Assembly: GCA_963736005.1 (NCBI GenBank)
Contig: CAVTNB010000001.1
Coordinates: 1,600,001-1,664,000 of the forward strand
Source of the DNA: an uncultured Pseudomonadota bacterium
GTDB lineage: Bacteria > Vulcanimicrobiota > Vulcanimicrobiia > Eremiobacterales > Eremiobacteraceae
Reading direction: 5' to 3'
Length of the DNA: 64,000 nucleotides
This document shows positions 48,929 to 58,508 of the stretch, one piece after another; position 1 is the stretch's first letter, and every line of letters begins with the position of its first letter. The translations under genes and the position numbers were made by a program. The notes under the pieces are model-generated. The model was not told the DNA's origin. It saw only the letters and a list, made by a program, of their open reading frames with translations, and made no database searches.

Positions 48929-49686
48929 TGATTCGCATTCGCGACCTGTCGAGCGTTCGGGTCGATCGCGTCGAGTTTCCGAGCGCTTCGGGGATCGTGC
49001 GGGGGCTCGCGTACAGCGGGGGACCCTCCACGACGTGCGTCGTGCTCGCGCACGGTTACTCGTCGAGTAAGCACAACGTCGATCCTCTTGCCTTCTACCT
49101 GGCGACCGAAGGCATTCGTTCGCTTGCCTTAGACTTTCAAGGACACAAGCTGGGCTGCAGTTCGTTGCCGCTGCGGCAGGCCAGCGACTTGTGCCGCAAC
49201 GTGCTCGATGCGGTGGCGTTTGCACGAAACATTCCCGATGTTCGAACCGTTGTGAGCGCAGGGCACAGCATGGGTGCAGCCGCGTCCATCGGTGCTGCCG
49301 TGGAGTCGCGCGAGATCGATGCGGTCATCGCAATGTGCACGGCGCTCGGGCGCAGCCAATCGCTGGAAGGGCCGACGATGCTTGGCGGATTGCGCAATCG
49401 CTCGTGTTACGTCGATGGACCAAGCCCCGAAGAATTGACGCAGGCGATGGATCGCTATACCGTGCGCGTGAGCGAGGTTGCTCCACGCCCGATGCTCGTG
49501 ATCGCCGCAAGCAAGGATGCGATCGTCGCGCCGTCGGCGGTGCGTCAGCTATTCGACGCGGCCGGCGACCCTAAGACGTTCGAGGTCGTCGACGCAACCC
49601 ACACCGATTGCGCCGAGCGGGCAAAATTTGTCATCGTGCGCTGGCTGCGGGCGCGAGGCTTCTCGCCCCAGCGGTCGAACGGCTGA
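48928..49686 (+). CDS. Alpha/beta hydrolase
   Basis: LAHGY, DFQGH, GHSMG, DAIV, terminal His. Confidence 0.88.
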   Translation: MIRIRDLSSVRVDRVEFPSASGIVRGLAYSGGPSTTCVVLAHGYSSSKHNVDPLAFYLATEGIRSLALDFQGHKLGCSSLPLRQASDLCRNVLDAVAFARNIPDVRTVVSAGHSMGAAASIGAAVESREIDAVIAMCTALGRSQSLEGPTMLGGLRNRSCYVDGPSPEELTQAMDRYTVRVSEVAPRPMLVIAASKDAIVAPSAVRQLFDAAGDPKTFEVVDATHTDCAERAKFVIVRWLRARGFSPQRSNG

Positions 49687-49712
49687 CCGCGATGAACTCT
49701 TCGGGAGGCAAG

Positions 49713-50396
49713 ATGAGCGTGTCGATTCTAAAACGCGTGATACCATTTGGAGCCGTTGCAGCGATGGTGCTGCTGGTGGCTGCATGGTCGACCTCAAGTC
49801 AGGATCGGTCAAGCGCGGCGAATGCTGCGCAAGGTTCCCCGGTGCCAACGGTCTCGGTGACGACCCTTCCTGCGATGCCGGGTCCGGCGACGTCAAGCGC
49901 AACGCAGACGCCGTTCCCAATGCAAACCCTTGCTCCGCTAACCGCTACACCGAATCCGCTCACGCTGCCGATTGCTCCACCGCTTGGCGTCTCGTACATC
50001 CAGGTGGTCGGAGACGTTGCCAATCCACTCACACTGACGCTCAAAGATCTTGAAGGTATGAGGCCGGCTTCGCTCACGTTGCGCTTTCACACGTATACGG
50101 GCGTGCCGCTCATCGATGTGATCAACCGAGCGGGTTTGCGCTTTTCTACCAACCCCCAGATACTGATGCGCAAATACGTCTACATTCAAGGATTGAACGG
50201 CCAATCGGCAACCATCAGTTTCCCGGAATTCACGAAGGAGTTCAACAGCCAACTCATCTTGCTTGCCTATCTTGTGGATTTGCGACCAGTCGTTGGCCCC
50301 GGGTTTGTCACGCTTGTCGTGCAAGATGACAAGAGCACGATTCGCTACATCAACGTGGCCCGGATCGTCGTAGGCGAACCACTGCAACAGATGTAG
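49713..50396 (+). CDS. Secreted hypothetical protein with molybdopterin-oxidoreductase-like domain
   Basis: Signal peptide, P/T linker, VGDVANPLTLTLKDL, YTGVPL.DV, LVV..D. Confidence 0.55.
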   Translation: MSVSILKRVIPFGAVAAMVLLVAAWSTSSQDRSSAANAAQGSPVPTVSVTTLPAMPGPATSSATQTPFPMQTLAPLTATPNPLTLPIAPPLGVSYIQVVGDVANPLTLTLKDLEGMRPASLTLRFHTYTGVPLIDVINRAGLRFSTNPQILMRKYVYIQGLNGQSATISFPEFTKEFNSQLILLAYLVDLRPVVGPGFVTLVVQDDKSTIRYINVARIVVGEPLQQM

Positions 50397-50498
50397 CGGG
50401 CGACTGTCAAGTCGCCCATGTAGCAGCGGACCTTTAGGTCCGCTCCGCGAATTTACTCGCAGCCAAAGATAATGTAGTGTCGCGAATTCATTCGCGAC
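50393..50498 (+). repeat. Cluster of three GTAG-type REP hairpins upstream of the tRNA
   Basis: GTAG-C-GGGCGAC-TGTCAA-GTCGCCC; GTAG-C-AGCGGACC-TTTA-GGTCCGCT; GTAG-T-GTCGCGAAT-TC-ATTCGCGAC. Confidence 0.75.
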
Positions 50499-50503
50499 TT
50501 CGT

Positions 50504-50576
50504 GGGGATGTAGCTCAGCTGGTAGAGCGCTTGCTTCGCATGTAAGAGGCCAGGGGTTCGAGTCCCCTCATCTCCA
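50504..50576 (+). tRNA. tRNA-Ala(CGC), CCA not encoded
   Basis: Cloverleaf GGGGATG/CATCTCC with G3:U70, TAGCTCAGCTGGTAGAGC D-arm, anticodon loop TTCGCAT, GTTCGAGTC T-loop, discriminator A. Confidence 0.96.
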
Positions 50577-52848
50577 CGTGTTCCTTACTCGCTCACGGCG
50601 GAACTCGTGGTATCCTCCTGAGCGAGCTACTAAGCGGGCTGTATTTGTGCTTCCGCGAGCTGAGTGCGCAGTAACTCTACCTCATCCTTTAAGGATTCCA
50701 TGGCTTGCTTCGTCGCCTCGGCCTCAAGATGATCATACGCGGCAGCCGCTCCCGTAGCTAGCCCAGCGACCGCCTTGATCTCATCAGGATCGAGACTCTC
50801 GCCCTGGATGTGGGAGCCGTAGAAGACGACCGCAGCAAGCTCACGGCGCACGATGACCGGGAGGGCCAATCCTGGACGGGCCGCTCCTGGGGGAACGCCT
50901 TCAGCGCGCCAAGGATGGTCGTACAGCGACACTGGCCCCTTCTCGGCTTGCAGTAGCATGAGCAAATGCTCATCTTCGGCGCTGAGCCTCGCAATATCAG
51001 CTGGCCTCCAACCCTCGAATCGGTCACGCACATACGTGCCGTCGCTTCGCCGACGGAAGAGAGCACCGGATGCGAGTGCCAACGCCCGCACGGTTTCATC
51101 GACGAGCACCTTGGCGACGGCTGCTTCAGTGGTGGCGAATTGCAATGCCGCTGCGTTTCGTGCGAGCTGGACTTCTGCTCTATGACGCTGGCGGAAGAAC
51201 GTCGCATCGGTCAACGAATCGACGCGCCGGTGCAGGCTATTCAGCCAAAAGCCTCCGGCCACGGCAAACCCCATCTCTGCCATCGTACCTAACCGTGCGA
51301 GTTTGAGCTTGTCGATGAAGAGCCAGTCGATGAGGGCGAACCCCCCGATGAGAACGCTGGTTAGGATCCCGTAGACAAGCGTGCGGCTGATGACAAAGCC
51401 CACGTCGATGACGCGGTGCTTGACGATCGCGTACGCGACGGCGATGGGCGCGACGATGCTGAGCACGCTCAAACCGTACGACACGGACAACGGCGCGTTC
51501 GTCACATCGACAGTAAGGATCTGCCCTGCGAGGCTCGTCATGAGGGCAAGCGCAAATCCGACAACGACCCATTGGATCCGTTGTCGTTCTGCGCCCGGTC
51601 TGTGCATGTAGGTATCGATCAGAGCGAAAAAGACGACGACTGCGCTCAGCGCGGCAAGCGCGATTCCGGCGCGCGCGAGCATCTCTCCGGGACGCCCAAG
51701 GAAATAGGCGTTGACGATATAGAGCGTCTGGAGGCCAGCAAGGGAGACAAACAAGAACGGTAAGGCATGCTGAACACGCAGCCTCCATCCGCCAATCGGC
51801 TCTTGCAGAAAGTGAAGCGAAAACACCAACAGACCTACCCAGCCGGCGGCAAAGATCACGCCACCATGCAGGATAAACAAGAGCTGACCGTATGGAGATC
51901 GACCGGTTGCGAATACCTCGGTCATGCCGGTGAGAAGCCATCCCGATGGCGCAAACGCGACGGAAAAGAAATAGAACCCCCACGTCACGGCGCTTGGCCG
52001 AAGCAACACCAACGCGGCCCCAATCGCAACGAAAACAACGCTGGCAACGAGTGCAACGAGGATCAAGGACTCATCAACGACGCCCATAGGCTCTGGCGCC
52101 GACCTGAGCGATACCATGCGTCTCACGCCCCCGTGGTAAACGCCGAACGACCTTGTCATGCCCGCTGACCGCATGACTGGGACTTGGATGAGGTTCCAAA
52201 GATCCTGAGGCGACATGGACGATTCGTCGAGGCGGTCGCCCACCTGAATGCCTGCCTGCGAGGCAGGGGAGCCGGCGTTCACGCCTGTCACCACGCCGTC
52301 GAGATTCGTGCCGTATCCAAAGATGCCGATGGGATGTAAAAAACGCCGTACATCCATCGCACTGCCAAACAACAGCAGTAGCGAAAAACCGACGATGAAG
52401 ATCGTCCTCAGTACCGCATTACCGCCGACTTGGTGGCGGGCCATCTTGACTCCTCATGGTGACATGAACGCAAGTTGAACGTGCTCTTCCGGACTTCTGT
52501 AAAGGTCTCAGACTTGCGCGATTCAACACCTGGAAGAGGCAGCCCCCTGAGCGGAGTCAGCGGTGGACATGGCTCCCGTTGAGCGCTTCCTCGATAGCCT
52601 GATCTTAGAACTAGGGCAACCGAAGGGCATCAAACCTTCTTGGCTATGTCGAATCTTCGTCCAGCGACACGTCGCCCGCACACTGCAATTGTACGGCAAT
52701 TGCTTCGTAATACCAGCAACTTTCTGCAGCTTCGTGCAACATTCTGCAACCGGCGAACACAGGCGCCATCTGGAAAGCCCGATTTCATGAGGGTCTCGGA
52801 ATTGATTCATATGTAAGAGGCCAGGGGTTCGAGTCCCCTCATCTCCAC
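50540..52848. mobile_element. Integrase-less mini genomic island at tRNA-Ala, bounded by a 38-bp direct repeat
   Basis: ATGTAAGAGGCCAGGGGTTCGAGTCCCCTCATCTCCAC at 50540-50577 and 52811-52848. Confidence 0.85.
50630..52444 (-). CDS. Membrane protein with PDZ domain, multiple TM helices and a C-terminal GAF-like domain
   Basis: VNAGSPASQAGIQVGD (PDZ), many TM helices, AYAIVKHRVIDV, LALPVIVRRELAAVVFYG...LDPDE (GAF-like). Confidence 0.75.
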   Translation of the reverse strand: MARHQVGGNAVLRTIFIVGFSLLLLFGSAMDVRRFLHPIGIFGYGTNLDGVVTGVNAGSPASQAGIQVGDRLDESSMSPQDLWNLIQVPVMRSAGMTRSFGVYHGGVRRMVSLRSAPEPMGVVDESLILVALVASVVFVAIGAALVLLRPSAVTWGFYFFSVAFAPSGWLLTGMTEVFATGRSPYGQLLFILHGGVIFAAGWVGLLVFSLHFLQEPIGGWRLRVQHALPFLFVSLAGLQTLYIVNAYFLGRPGEMLARAGIALAALSAVVVFFALIDTYMHRPGAERQRIQWVVVGFALALMTSLAGQILTVDVTNAPLSVSYGLSVLSIVAPIAVAYAIVKHRVIDVGFVISRTLVYGILTSVLIGGFALIDWLFIDKLKLARLGTMAEMGFAVAGGFWLNSLHRRVDSLTDATFFRQRHRAEVQLARNAAALQFATTEAAVAKVLVDETVRALALASGALFRRRSDGTYVRDRFEGWRPADIARLSAEDEHLLMLLQAEKGPVSLYDHPWRAEGVPPGAARPGLALPVIVRRELAAVVFYGSHIQGESLDPDEIKAVAGLATGAAAAYDHLEAEATKQAMESLKDEVELLRTQLAEAQIQPA

Positions 52849-52854
52849 CACTCG

Positions 52855-52893
52855 AACCCGCGTCCTGTAATGGATCGCGGGTTTTTACTTTTT
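52855..52893 (+). terminator. Rho-independent terminator after the tRNA 3' copy
   Basis: AACCCGCG...CGCGGGTT stem followed by a T-rich tail. Confidence 0.7.
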
Positions 52894-53161
52894 GGTCGTT
52901 GTCGATTTGACCACTTATCGAATCCAATGCGGCGATAACTTCGTGTCCTTGGGTGTCGGTCCGCCGCTGTCGTTTGGAAAGACCAGTTAGATCGATTTTT
53001 GTCGGGCACGATAATCCCCGGTCTCGTGATGAGCTCGAAGCACTTCCAAGGCTAGGTTCGGCAAGATCACGGGCCACAGTGGCTAGGGAAGAGTTTCAAA
53101 CGGTTACGAACGTGTCTACCCAGCCAGGTTAGAGCAACCTAAGAATCAACAGGAGGCCTTA

Positions 53162-53700
53162 GTGCAGTCTCCTCGAGAGGCTTTGCAACGGATCGCAACC
53201 ACCTTTGATCGCATTGACCATGATTCGTCGCCTCTTTCCGAGGTGGATATCGATGTATTGAAGCATGAGTACGATTTATACACGTCGTTCGCTCGTGATG
53301 CCGAAGGCCACCGCGCCACGGCGATGACGTTCATTGTGACCGCAGTTGCCGCGATTATTTACGCTCTGTCTGCGGTTAAATTCGACGCCCGATACTGGCC
53401 TCTCGCTGCTATCATCATATTACTGGGTGTGTACATTACGATCTTATTTAACATCTACCATGAAAGATGGGAGTTTTTATGATGATAGCACGTGGTTGTC
53501 GCTGGAGAATTGCGGCCGCGAGACCCGATGCACGAATTGAAGAGATTCGCTCAGCAGCAAAGCTTGCCCACCGAGAAGAGTTTCGGACCCAAAGGCAACT
53601 CTATAAGTTCTGGAGGTGGTTAGGGGTCGGGATAATCGTCATCGGCATTGCGTGTACCGCAGTTATGATTGCGATGCTGATATCGTCGACACAAAAATAA
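53162..53700 (+). CDS. Hypothetical membrane protein, probably one gene split by a frameshift near 53475
   Basis: Two overlapping ORFs (53162-53482, 53467-53700) with TM segments, junction at a T-run. Confidence 0.45.
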
Positions 53701-53762
53701 TCATTGCAAAGCAAGAAATAATTTTCCGCGCCAAACTCTAATGCAACAGTTAGGAGATACTA

Positions 53763-54182
53763 ATGCGGACCTTAATGGTTGTGCTTGTTCTTGTGGTTTT
53801 ATGTCTTGCCCCTATACTCTCAAGGGCGGATACCACTCTACCTAAGATGCTACCCAACTGTCAGGGTGTGCCGCAAAGCATGCCAAGCCAAGTTACTTTC
53901 GCATGCGCAGACGGCAACGTCTATGCACAAAAACTCAGTTGGACCAACTGGGGCCAGTACTACGCCTACGCGCGGGGACAGCTCATGCAAAACGACTGCA
54001 CGCCGAATTGCGCAGCCGGCCATTTCCACTCGTATGAGGCCAGCTTGACAGCCTTCGGCAGGGAGCATTGTCCCAACGGCGAGATCGCGTATCGGCGCGT
54101 CGCCTACACGATCACCGACCCCACGTTCCCATCAGCTGGCAACGCGCAATTCATTGCGACCTTCCCGTGCAAGCCGATGTAA
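53763..54182 (+). CDS. Small secreted Cys-rich protein
   Basis: SD AGGAG, signal peptide, FACADGN...LSWTNWG...NDCTPNCAAG. Confidence 0.75.
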   Translation: MRTLMVVLVLVVLCLAPILSRADTTLPKMLPNCQGVPQSMPSQVTFACADGNVYAQKLSWTNWGQYYAYARGQLMQNDCTPNCAAGHFHSYEASLTAFGREHCPNGEIAYRRVAYTITDPTFPSAGNAQFIATFPCKPM

Positions 54183-56134
54183 GCGGGTGAAAGAAAGCGA
54201 GTGCACCGGACGTTGCCCGTGGGCGCTGCTAGGTGACGACTTGGCGGTTTTTTTTGACCACTTATCTGACCACTTATGAGGCGCAGACTCGCGGAGACTC
54301 CCAAGTGTTTGATCGCGGGAATGATCATGCCACCGACGATGTCATCCCGTTCGCGGTTCCACAGTCCCTGTCCATAGTTGCCTGCCGTAAACATCACGAC
54401 AAGGTCAAGGGTCGGAACGATGAGCAGAAGCTGGCCGCCATTTCCATTCGCATGGAATGCCGGATACTCTTTGTTACCTGACTTGACGTCAATCATATGC
54501 CACGCCCAGCCCTCGTCGACGTCGTAATACACCTGATTGAAAGCATCACCGGTTAAGCCGGTCGTAGCTGGCGAGATGTGAGCGTGAGGTGAGAGTGAAT
54601 CCTTAACCCAGTCGGCACTAACAATCCGGCGCCCGTTCCAGACCCCGCCATCAAGGTAGGCTTGTCCCAACTTGAGGAAATCCCGCGGTCGCACGAATAC
54701 GCCTCCACCCAGATAGCCTTCTCCGTTCCCCATCAGATTCCAAGAATATGGACCGAAATCGAGTGGCCGAGCGACAGTTCGATCGAATAGTTCGGGAAGC
54801 CATTCACCGGTTGACTGACTGAGCATGGCCCCTGCAAGATTGATGTTCATTGAGCAATACGCATAGTGTTCGCCCGGCTCAAACTGCATTGGCAGGTCAA
54901 GCGTAACCTTAGCCCAGTCCGGATTTGATCGATCCGATTCGATCATGTCTTCATTACCCGGCGAGGCATCAGCGTTATCATCGCATGCGAAGCCTGCAGT
55001 ATGGGTAAGCAAATCACCCAGCGTAATTCTCGCCTTGCGGGGATCCGGGTTCAGAAAGGGTCCGCGCGAAGCAAGGACGTCGTAGACTTTGCTTTGAGGC
55101 GAAAGCTGGGAGCCTTCTTTTATTAACGCGCCAAGAATTAGCGATGAAAACGTCTTACTAGCAGAGCGTGTATCGTGTTGTTCCGTTTTATCGTGGCCGT
55201 AGAAGTATTCGTCTAAGACGAGCTTGCCGCGGTACGCCACGGTTATGGAGTGAATTAGCCAGGGACGGTCGCCAGCAGGATCTTTATCAATAATTCGCTG
55301 TACCGCACGACCCAGTGCGGCTTCATCCATGCCGAGATCACCCGCGCGCGCGACACCCCAACCGTCGTTGCCCGCCTCCGGTTCTCGATAGACGTAAGGC
55401 TCAGGGCTCGGGCCCCGTGGGAAAAATGCCGCAGCTTCTTGCGGAGATGCAGGTTCGAGCTCGACCATTCTCTTCAGGTCCTTCCAAACCAGCGCGATAC
55501 GAGTCGGATCTCGCAACACGGTCGCTTCAGAAGGATCCTGCGGCGTTGGGTCCGCCGGCCGCGTAAATCGGAGGAGAGCACCGGTCTGCACCACGATAAA
55601 TTGCATGGCGGAACCGTGCGAGTTTTGTTCCGGATTGCGAAATGCTGCTTTAAGCACCCCGTCAGTATCGCGAAATATCTTCAGATAGAGCGTGAACGTA
55701 TCGGGGAGCGGCTGAACGTTTGCCGTCCAACGACCGACGGCGGTTTGGGTAAGCGCTAGCGATGTAGCGTATGCGAGGGCTTCACCAAACGGATAAAGCG
55801 GATCTTCAAGCATTGGGCGACGGACCCAAAAACCGTGCAAGGTGCCATTGCGCACAACGCCACGAAAGGCGCCTCCGTCCGAGAACGACAGGAGCACGGC
55901 GTTACTCGTGGTTGTTTGGCTTGCCGTTCGTTTCCCGATGCTTCCGCGCCAATAGGCACCGGTGCGCGAAATGATAAGCACGCCGCCCTGGCCCGTTGGG
56001 AAATTTTCACGATAGAACCATAGACCGATCGGTGAGACGTCAGTGGATGTCGTTGCCGAAGTCTGAAACGGTGCGATGAGAAACATAAACAGCAACGCTA
56101 CAACCGTAGCGAGCTTCGGATATCTCGCTCTCAC
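54104..56134 (-). CDS. Secreted serine hydrolase (class C beta-lactamase-like/AmpC family)
   Basis: SxxK (RSASK), DLLTHTAG, PGEHYAYCS, RPRDFLKLG, NGNGGQ; last ~60 codons look like read-through. Confidence 0.85.
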   Translation of the reverse strand: MRARYPKLATVVALLFMFLIAPFQTSATTSTDVSPIGLWFYRENFPTGQGGVLIISRTGAYWRGSIGKRTASQTTTSNAVLLSFSDGGAFRGVVRNGTLHGFWVRRPMLEDPLYPFGEALAYATSLALTQTAVGRWTANVQPLPDTFTLYLKIFRDTDGVLKAAFRNPEQNSHGSAMQFIVVQTGALLRFTRPADPTPQDPSEATVLRDPTRIALVWKDLKRMVELEPASPQEAAAFFPRGPSPEPYVYREPEAGNDGWGVARAGDLGMDEAALGRAVQRIIDKDPAGDRPWLIHSITVAYRGKLVLDEYFYGHDKTEQHDTRSASKTFSSLILGALIKEGSQLSPQSKVYDVLASRGPFLNPDPRKARITLGDLLTHTAGFACDDNADASPGNEDMIESDRSNPDWAKVTLDLPMQFEPGEHYAYCSMNINLAGAMLSQSTGEWLPELFDRTVARPLDFGPYSWNLMGNGEGYLGGGVFVRPRDFLKLGQAYLDGGVWNGRRIVSADWVKDSLSPHAHISPATTGLTGDAFNQVYYDVDEGWAWHMIDVKSGNKEYPAFHANGNGGQLLLIVPTLDLVVMFTAGNYGQGLWNRERDDIVGGMIIPAIKHLGVSASLRLISGQISGQKKPPSRHLAAPTGNVRCTRFLSPAYIGLHGKVAMNCALPADGNVGSVIV

Positions 56135-56141
56135 GCTCTCC

Positions 56142-56810
56142 TCACTTCTTTGAAAACTGCTGCACCCGGGTCTTAAGCCAGAATACTATCGGCCCCCGGC
56201 CACTTTGCATGTTTCGCTTGAGCGCCGCGCAGGCGGCTTCGAGATCGCCGTTGCGCAATGCCCGAAGAATGCGCTCGTGTTCTTTCGATGCATTGAGAAC
56301 GTTGCGTGTCTCGCGCATGAGGGCGAGTTCATAGCGCCGCATTCGCCTGATGATGTCTTCGATCAGTTCGAGTAGGACGCGATTCCCACAGTCGGCAAGT
56401 AACTCGCGATGCCACTCGTCGTCGAGTGCAATAGCGCGGTCGGGATCGCGCTCAACCGAAAGCCGACGATTAATGCTCTCGAGCAGAGCTAGACGATCGC
56501 TGCAGGGGACTCCCGCTAATCGCAAAGCCTCCGGGTCGAGTATCGGCCGGACATCGTAGACTTGCTCGAACTCTTCGAGCGTAAGTGGTTGAACGACATA
56601 GCCTAGATGTGGGGTGTTGATAACGGCATGCTCGGCAACGAGCCGGTTTAAGGCCTCGCGCAAAGGTGTCCGGCTTACACCGAGTTGTTCAGCTAGTCGG
56701 ACCTCATTAATCCGCTCCTCTGGGTTCAATCGGCCGTCAAGAATCATCCTACGTACGGCGTCCTCAACCTGATCGCTGAGGTTGAATCTTTTGATTGGCA
56801 CCGATTGCAT
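56142..56810 (-). CDS. GntR-family (FCD) transcriptional regulator
   Basis: LAEQLGVSRTPLREAL, D..WH..L, EHERIL.AL..GD. Confidence 0.93.
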   Translation of the reverse strand: MQSVPIKRFNLSDQVEDAVRRMILDGRLNPEERINEVRLAEQLGVSRTPLREALNRLVAEHAVINTPHLGYVVQPLTLEEFEQVYDVRPILDPEALRLAGVPCSDRLALLESINRRLSVERDPDRAIALDDEWHRELLADCGNRVLLELIEDIIRRMRRYELALMRETRNVLNASKEHERILRALRNGDLEAACAALKRNMQSGRGPIVFWLKTRVQQFSKK

Positions 56811-56824
56811 ACTGTATATAGTAT
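56809..56824. promoter_or_regulatory. Candidate GntR operator overlapping the gntR start
   Basis: ATACT-GTATAT-AGTAT palindrome abutting the ATG. Confidence 0.45.
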
Positions 56825-57358
56825 ACGATGATAGCCTTCTCTTGCCTGCAAGGGGCGGCGGTTTCACGGCCCAAGGTCGATTCAAGACAGCGCCGACACG
56901 CTTTGGGTCTACGACTACCGCCACCATATAGCGGCTGGGAAAGATCGCGCAGAAAGTATAGGCGGTATGATTTTGTACTTTGGTGTTCCGCCAACAAAAC
57001 TACCCGACTGCGACTTGTCGTCTGTCAAGTCGCCGCGCCGTTTGCGACTAGGCTCAACTCCGTACAGATCGCACAAACAGCTCCCAGATTATCAGGAGGC
57101 GGAGTCGTCTGCCCCCGACGTCCGGGATCCGAAGAGCGACCCAGCACAATTGGACATGACCCATAGTGTGTTTGAAGCGAAGAAGATCCGCTCCGATTGC
57201 TGGCGCTTAGCTCGCAGGCGTGGGCGGAATCCAAAGTTCGTTCTCAATTCCGAATGCCGTTGGCGAAGCGGCGACATTTGAAATCCGGGTACGTTTGTGC
57301 GAGGCGATTTCGCCAGAAGCTTATAGTTTTGAAACGGCCTTGCTCTAGGTCCCGCCAC

Positions 57359-57935
57359 TCAATCCACAAATGCCTTAGCCGTGACGATGGCCGCCGCCAT
57401 TGCAAGCTTGTGATCGTTGTTCCATGGCGGCCCGACGGCCCGCCGCACGCGGAGAAAGTGTTCGTCGAAGTTCTCGACGCGCAACGCCTTGCTCGCCGCA
57501 GCCCAATACGTTCTTCGCGTCGTACCAGTGGACTGGCCAACCGCGCGCCTCGGCAGCGGAGGCCAGGGCCCTGCGGTACATCACCCAGTCGGCGACGTTC
57601 CGTGCACGGTAGTCCTTGATTCGTTCGGCAATCGTAGGCGGAAGCTGAGGGCAGTTACGAAGGGCGACGCCGAGGATACGCCGCACGGCCATCGCGACGG
57701 CGTCCAGCGCAAGCACTGCGTGCCTTTCCGCCGAAACACGCACGCGCTCGACCAAAGCCACGGCCTCGTCCAGCGGGAGCCCCTGGCCTTCGTGGTGATG
57801 GGGAAGCGCCGGCAGGTCGTCGTCCACGAGTTCTACGCGGCGGCGGTCGAGGAGCGTCCCATCGCGCGCCACCGTCACGAGCACCGCCCAACCGCCGTGA
57901 TCCGATACTCCGATGATGCCGCCGTTCTTCGACAT
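57359..57935 (-). CDS. Hypothetical protein (frameshift near 57500)
   Basis: SD GGGAGGA; IGVSDHGGWAVLV...; the other frame continues VGPPWNNDHKLAMAAA to TGA 57359. Confidence 0.65.
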
Positions 57936-58187
57936 GATTCCTCCCATCTCACGTCGCAGCTTTCAGAGCGCTGAGTTAGTATCCCGGTCCTACTGGGTGA
58001 CGAGCTGCGTTTTCTTGGCGATGTAAGGGTTCTCGTCGGTAATCATCTCTCTCATGCTCGTTGTTGCTGGAGTATTATTTTTGTCGCCCTGCTTACTTTA
58101 TGGTTCGGCAAGGCATTTATTGGTACGCTCCCGAGAGTAAGTACAAACGTTTAGAGACCGATCAAGAGCATTCACGCAAGATGATGG

Positions 58188-58508
58188 CTAGTCTACTTCA
58201 AGCCGTCGGATTCGCTCGCCCTCAAGGGTGAATTTGTAATCTAAATCCACAGTCCCACCTGGAAAGTTACCCTCCAAATGGACTCGGGCGACGAACTCAT
58301 TCTTACTGGTGGACTTTACGTCGAGAACCTCAGTGGTGTATTGATAGACTGAAGCTGCGCTGTCTCGCCACGCGCGAATCCCAGTTGCTCCATTCCACGT
58401 CTTTCCTTCATCGATAACAACTCCATCATCGGCGAATAGGTTGACGAGTGCATCGAAGTCGCGTGAGGACTGCGCGTCGAAGTAGCGCGTGATCACTTCG
58501 GGGGTCAT
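58188..58508 (-). CDS. SnoaL/NTF2-like protein
   Basis: YFDA...DFDAL..LFADDGVVIDEG, GNFPGG.V.L.Y.F. Confidence 0.85.
   Translation of the reverse strand: MTPEVITRYFDAQSSRDFDALVNLFADDGVVIDEGKTWNGATGIRAWRDSAASVYQYTTEVLDVKSTSKNEFVARVHLEGNFPGGTVDLDYKFTLEGERIRRLEVD

Noticed and set aside
41998..50498. CRISPR array interpretation of the palindromic repeats
   Set aside because: Copies are dispersed over kilobases with no regular spacers and no cas genes; they fit REPs.
52811..52850. Second tRNA gene
   Set aside because: Only the 3' half is present (no D-arm or 5' acceptor strand); it is an att duplication.
54104..56134. Calling the serine hydrolase an antibiotic-resistance beta-lactamase
   Set aside because: The SxxK fold is shared with esterases and amidases; YxN is YCS and KTG is absent, so resistance is unsupported.
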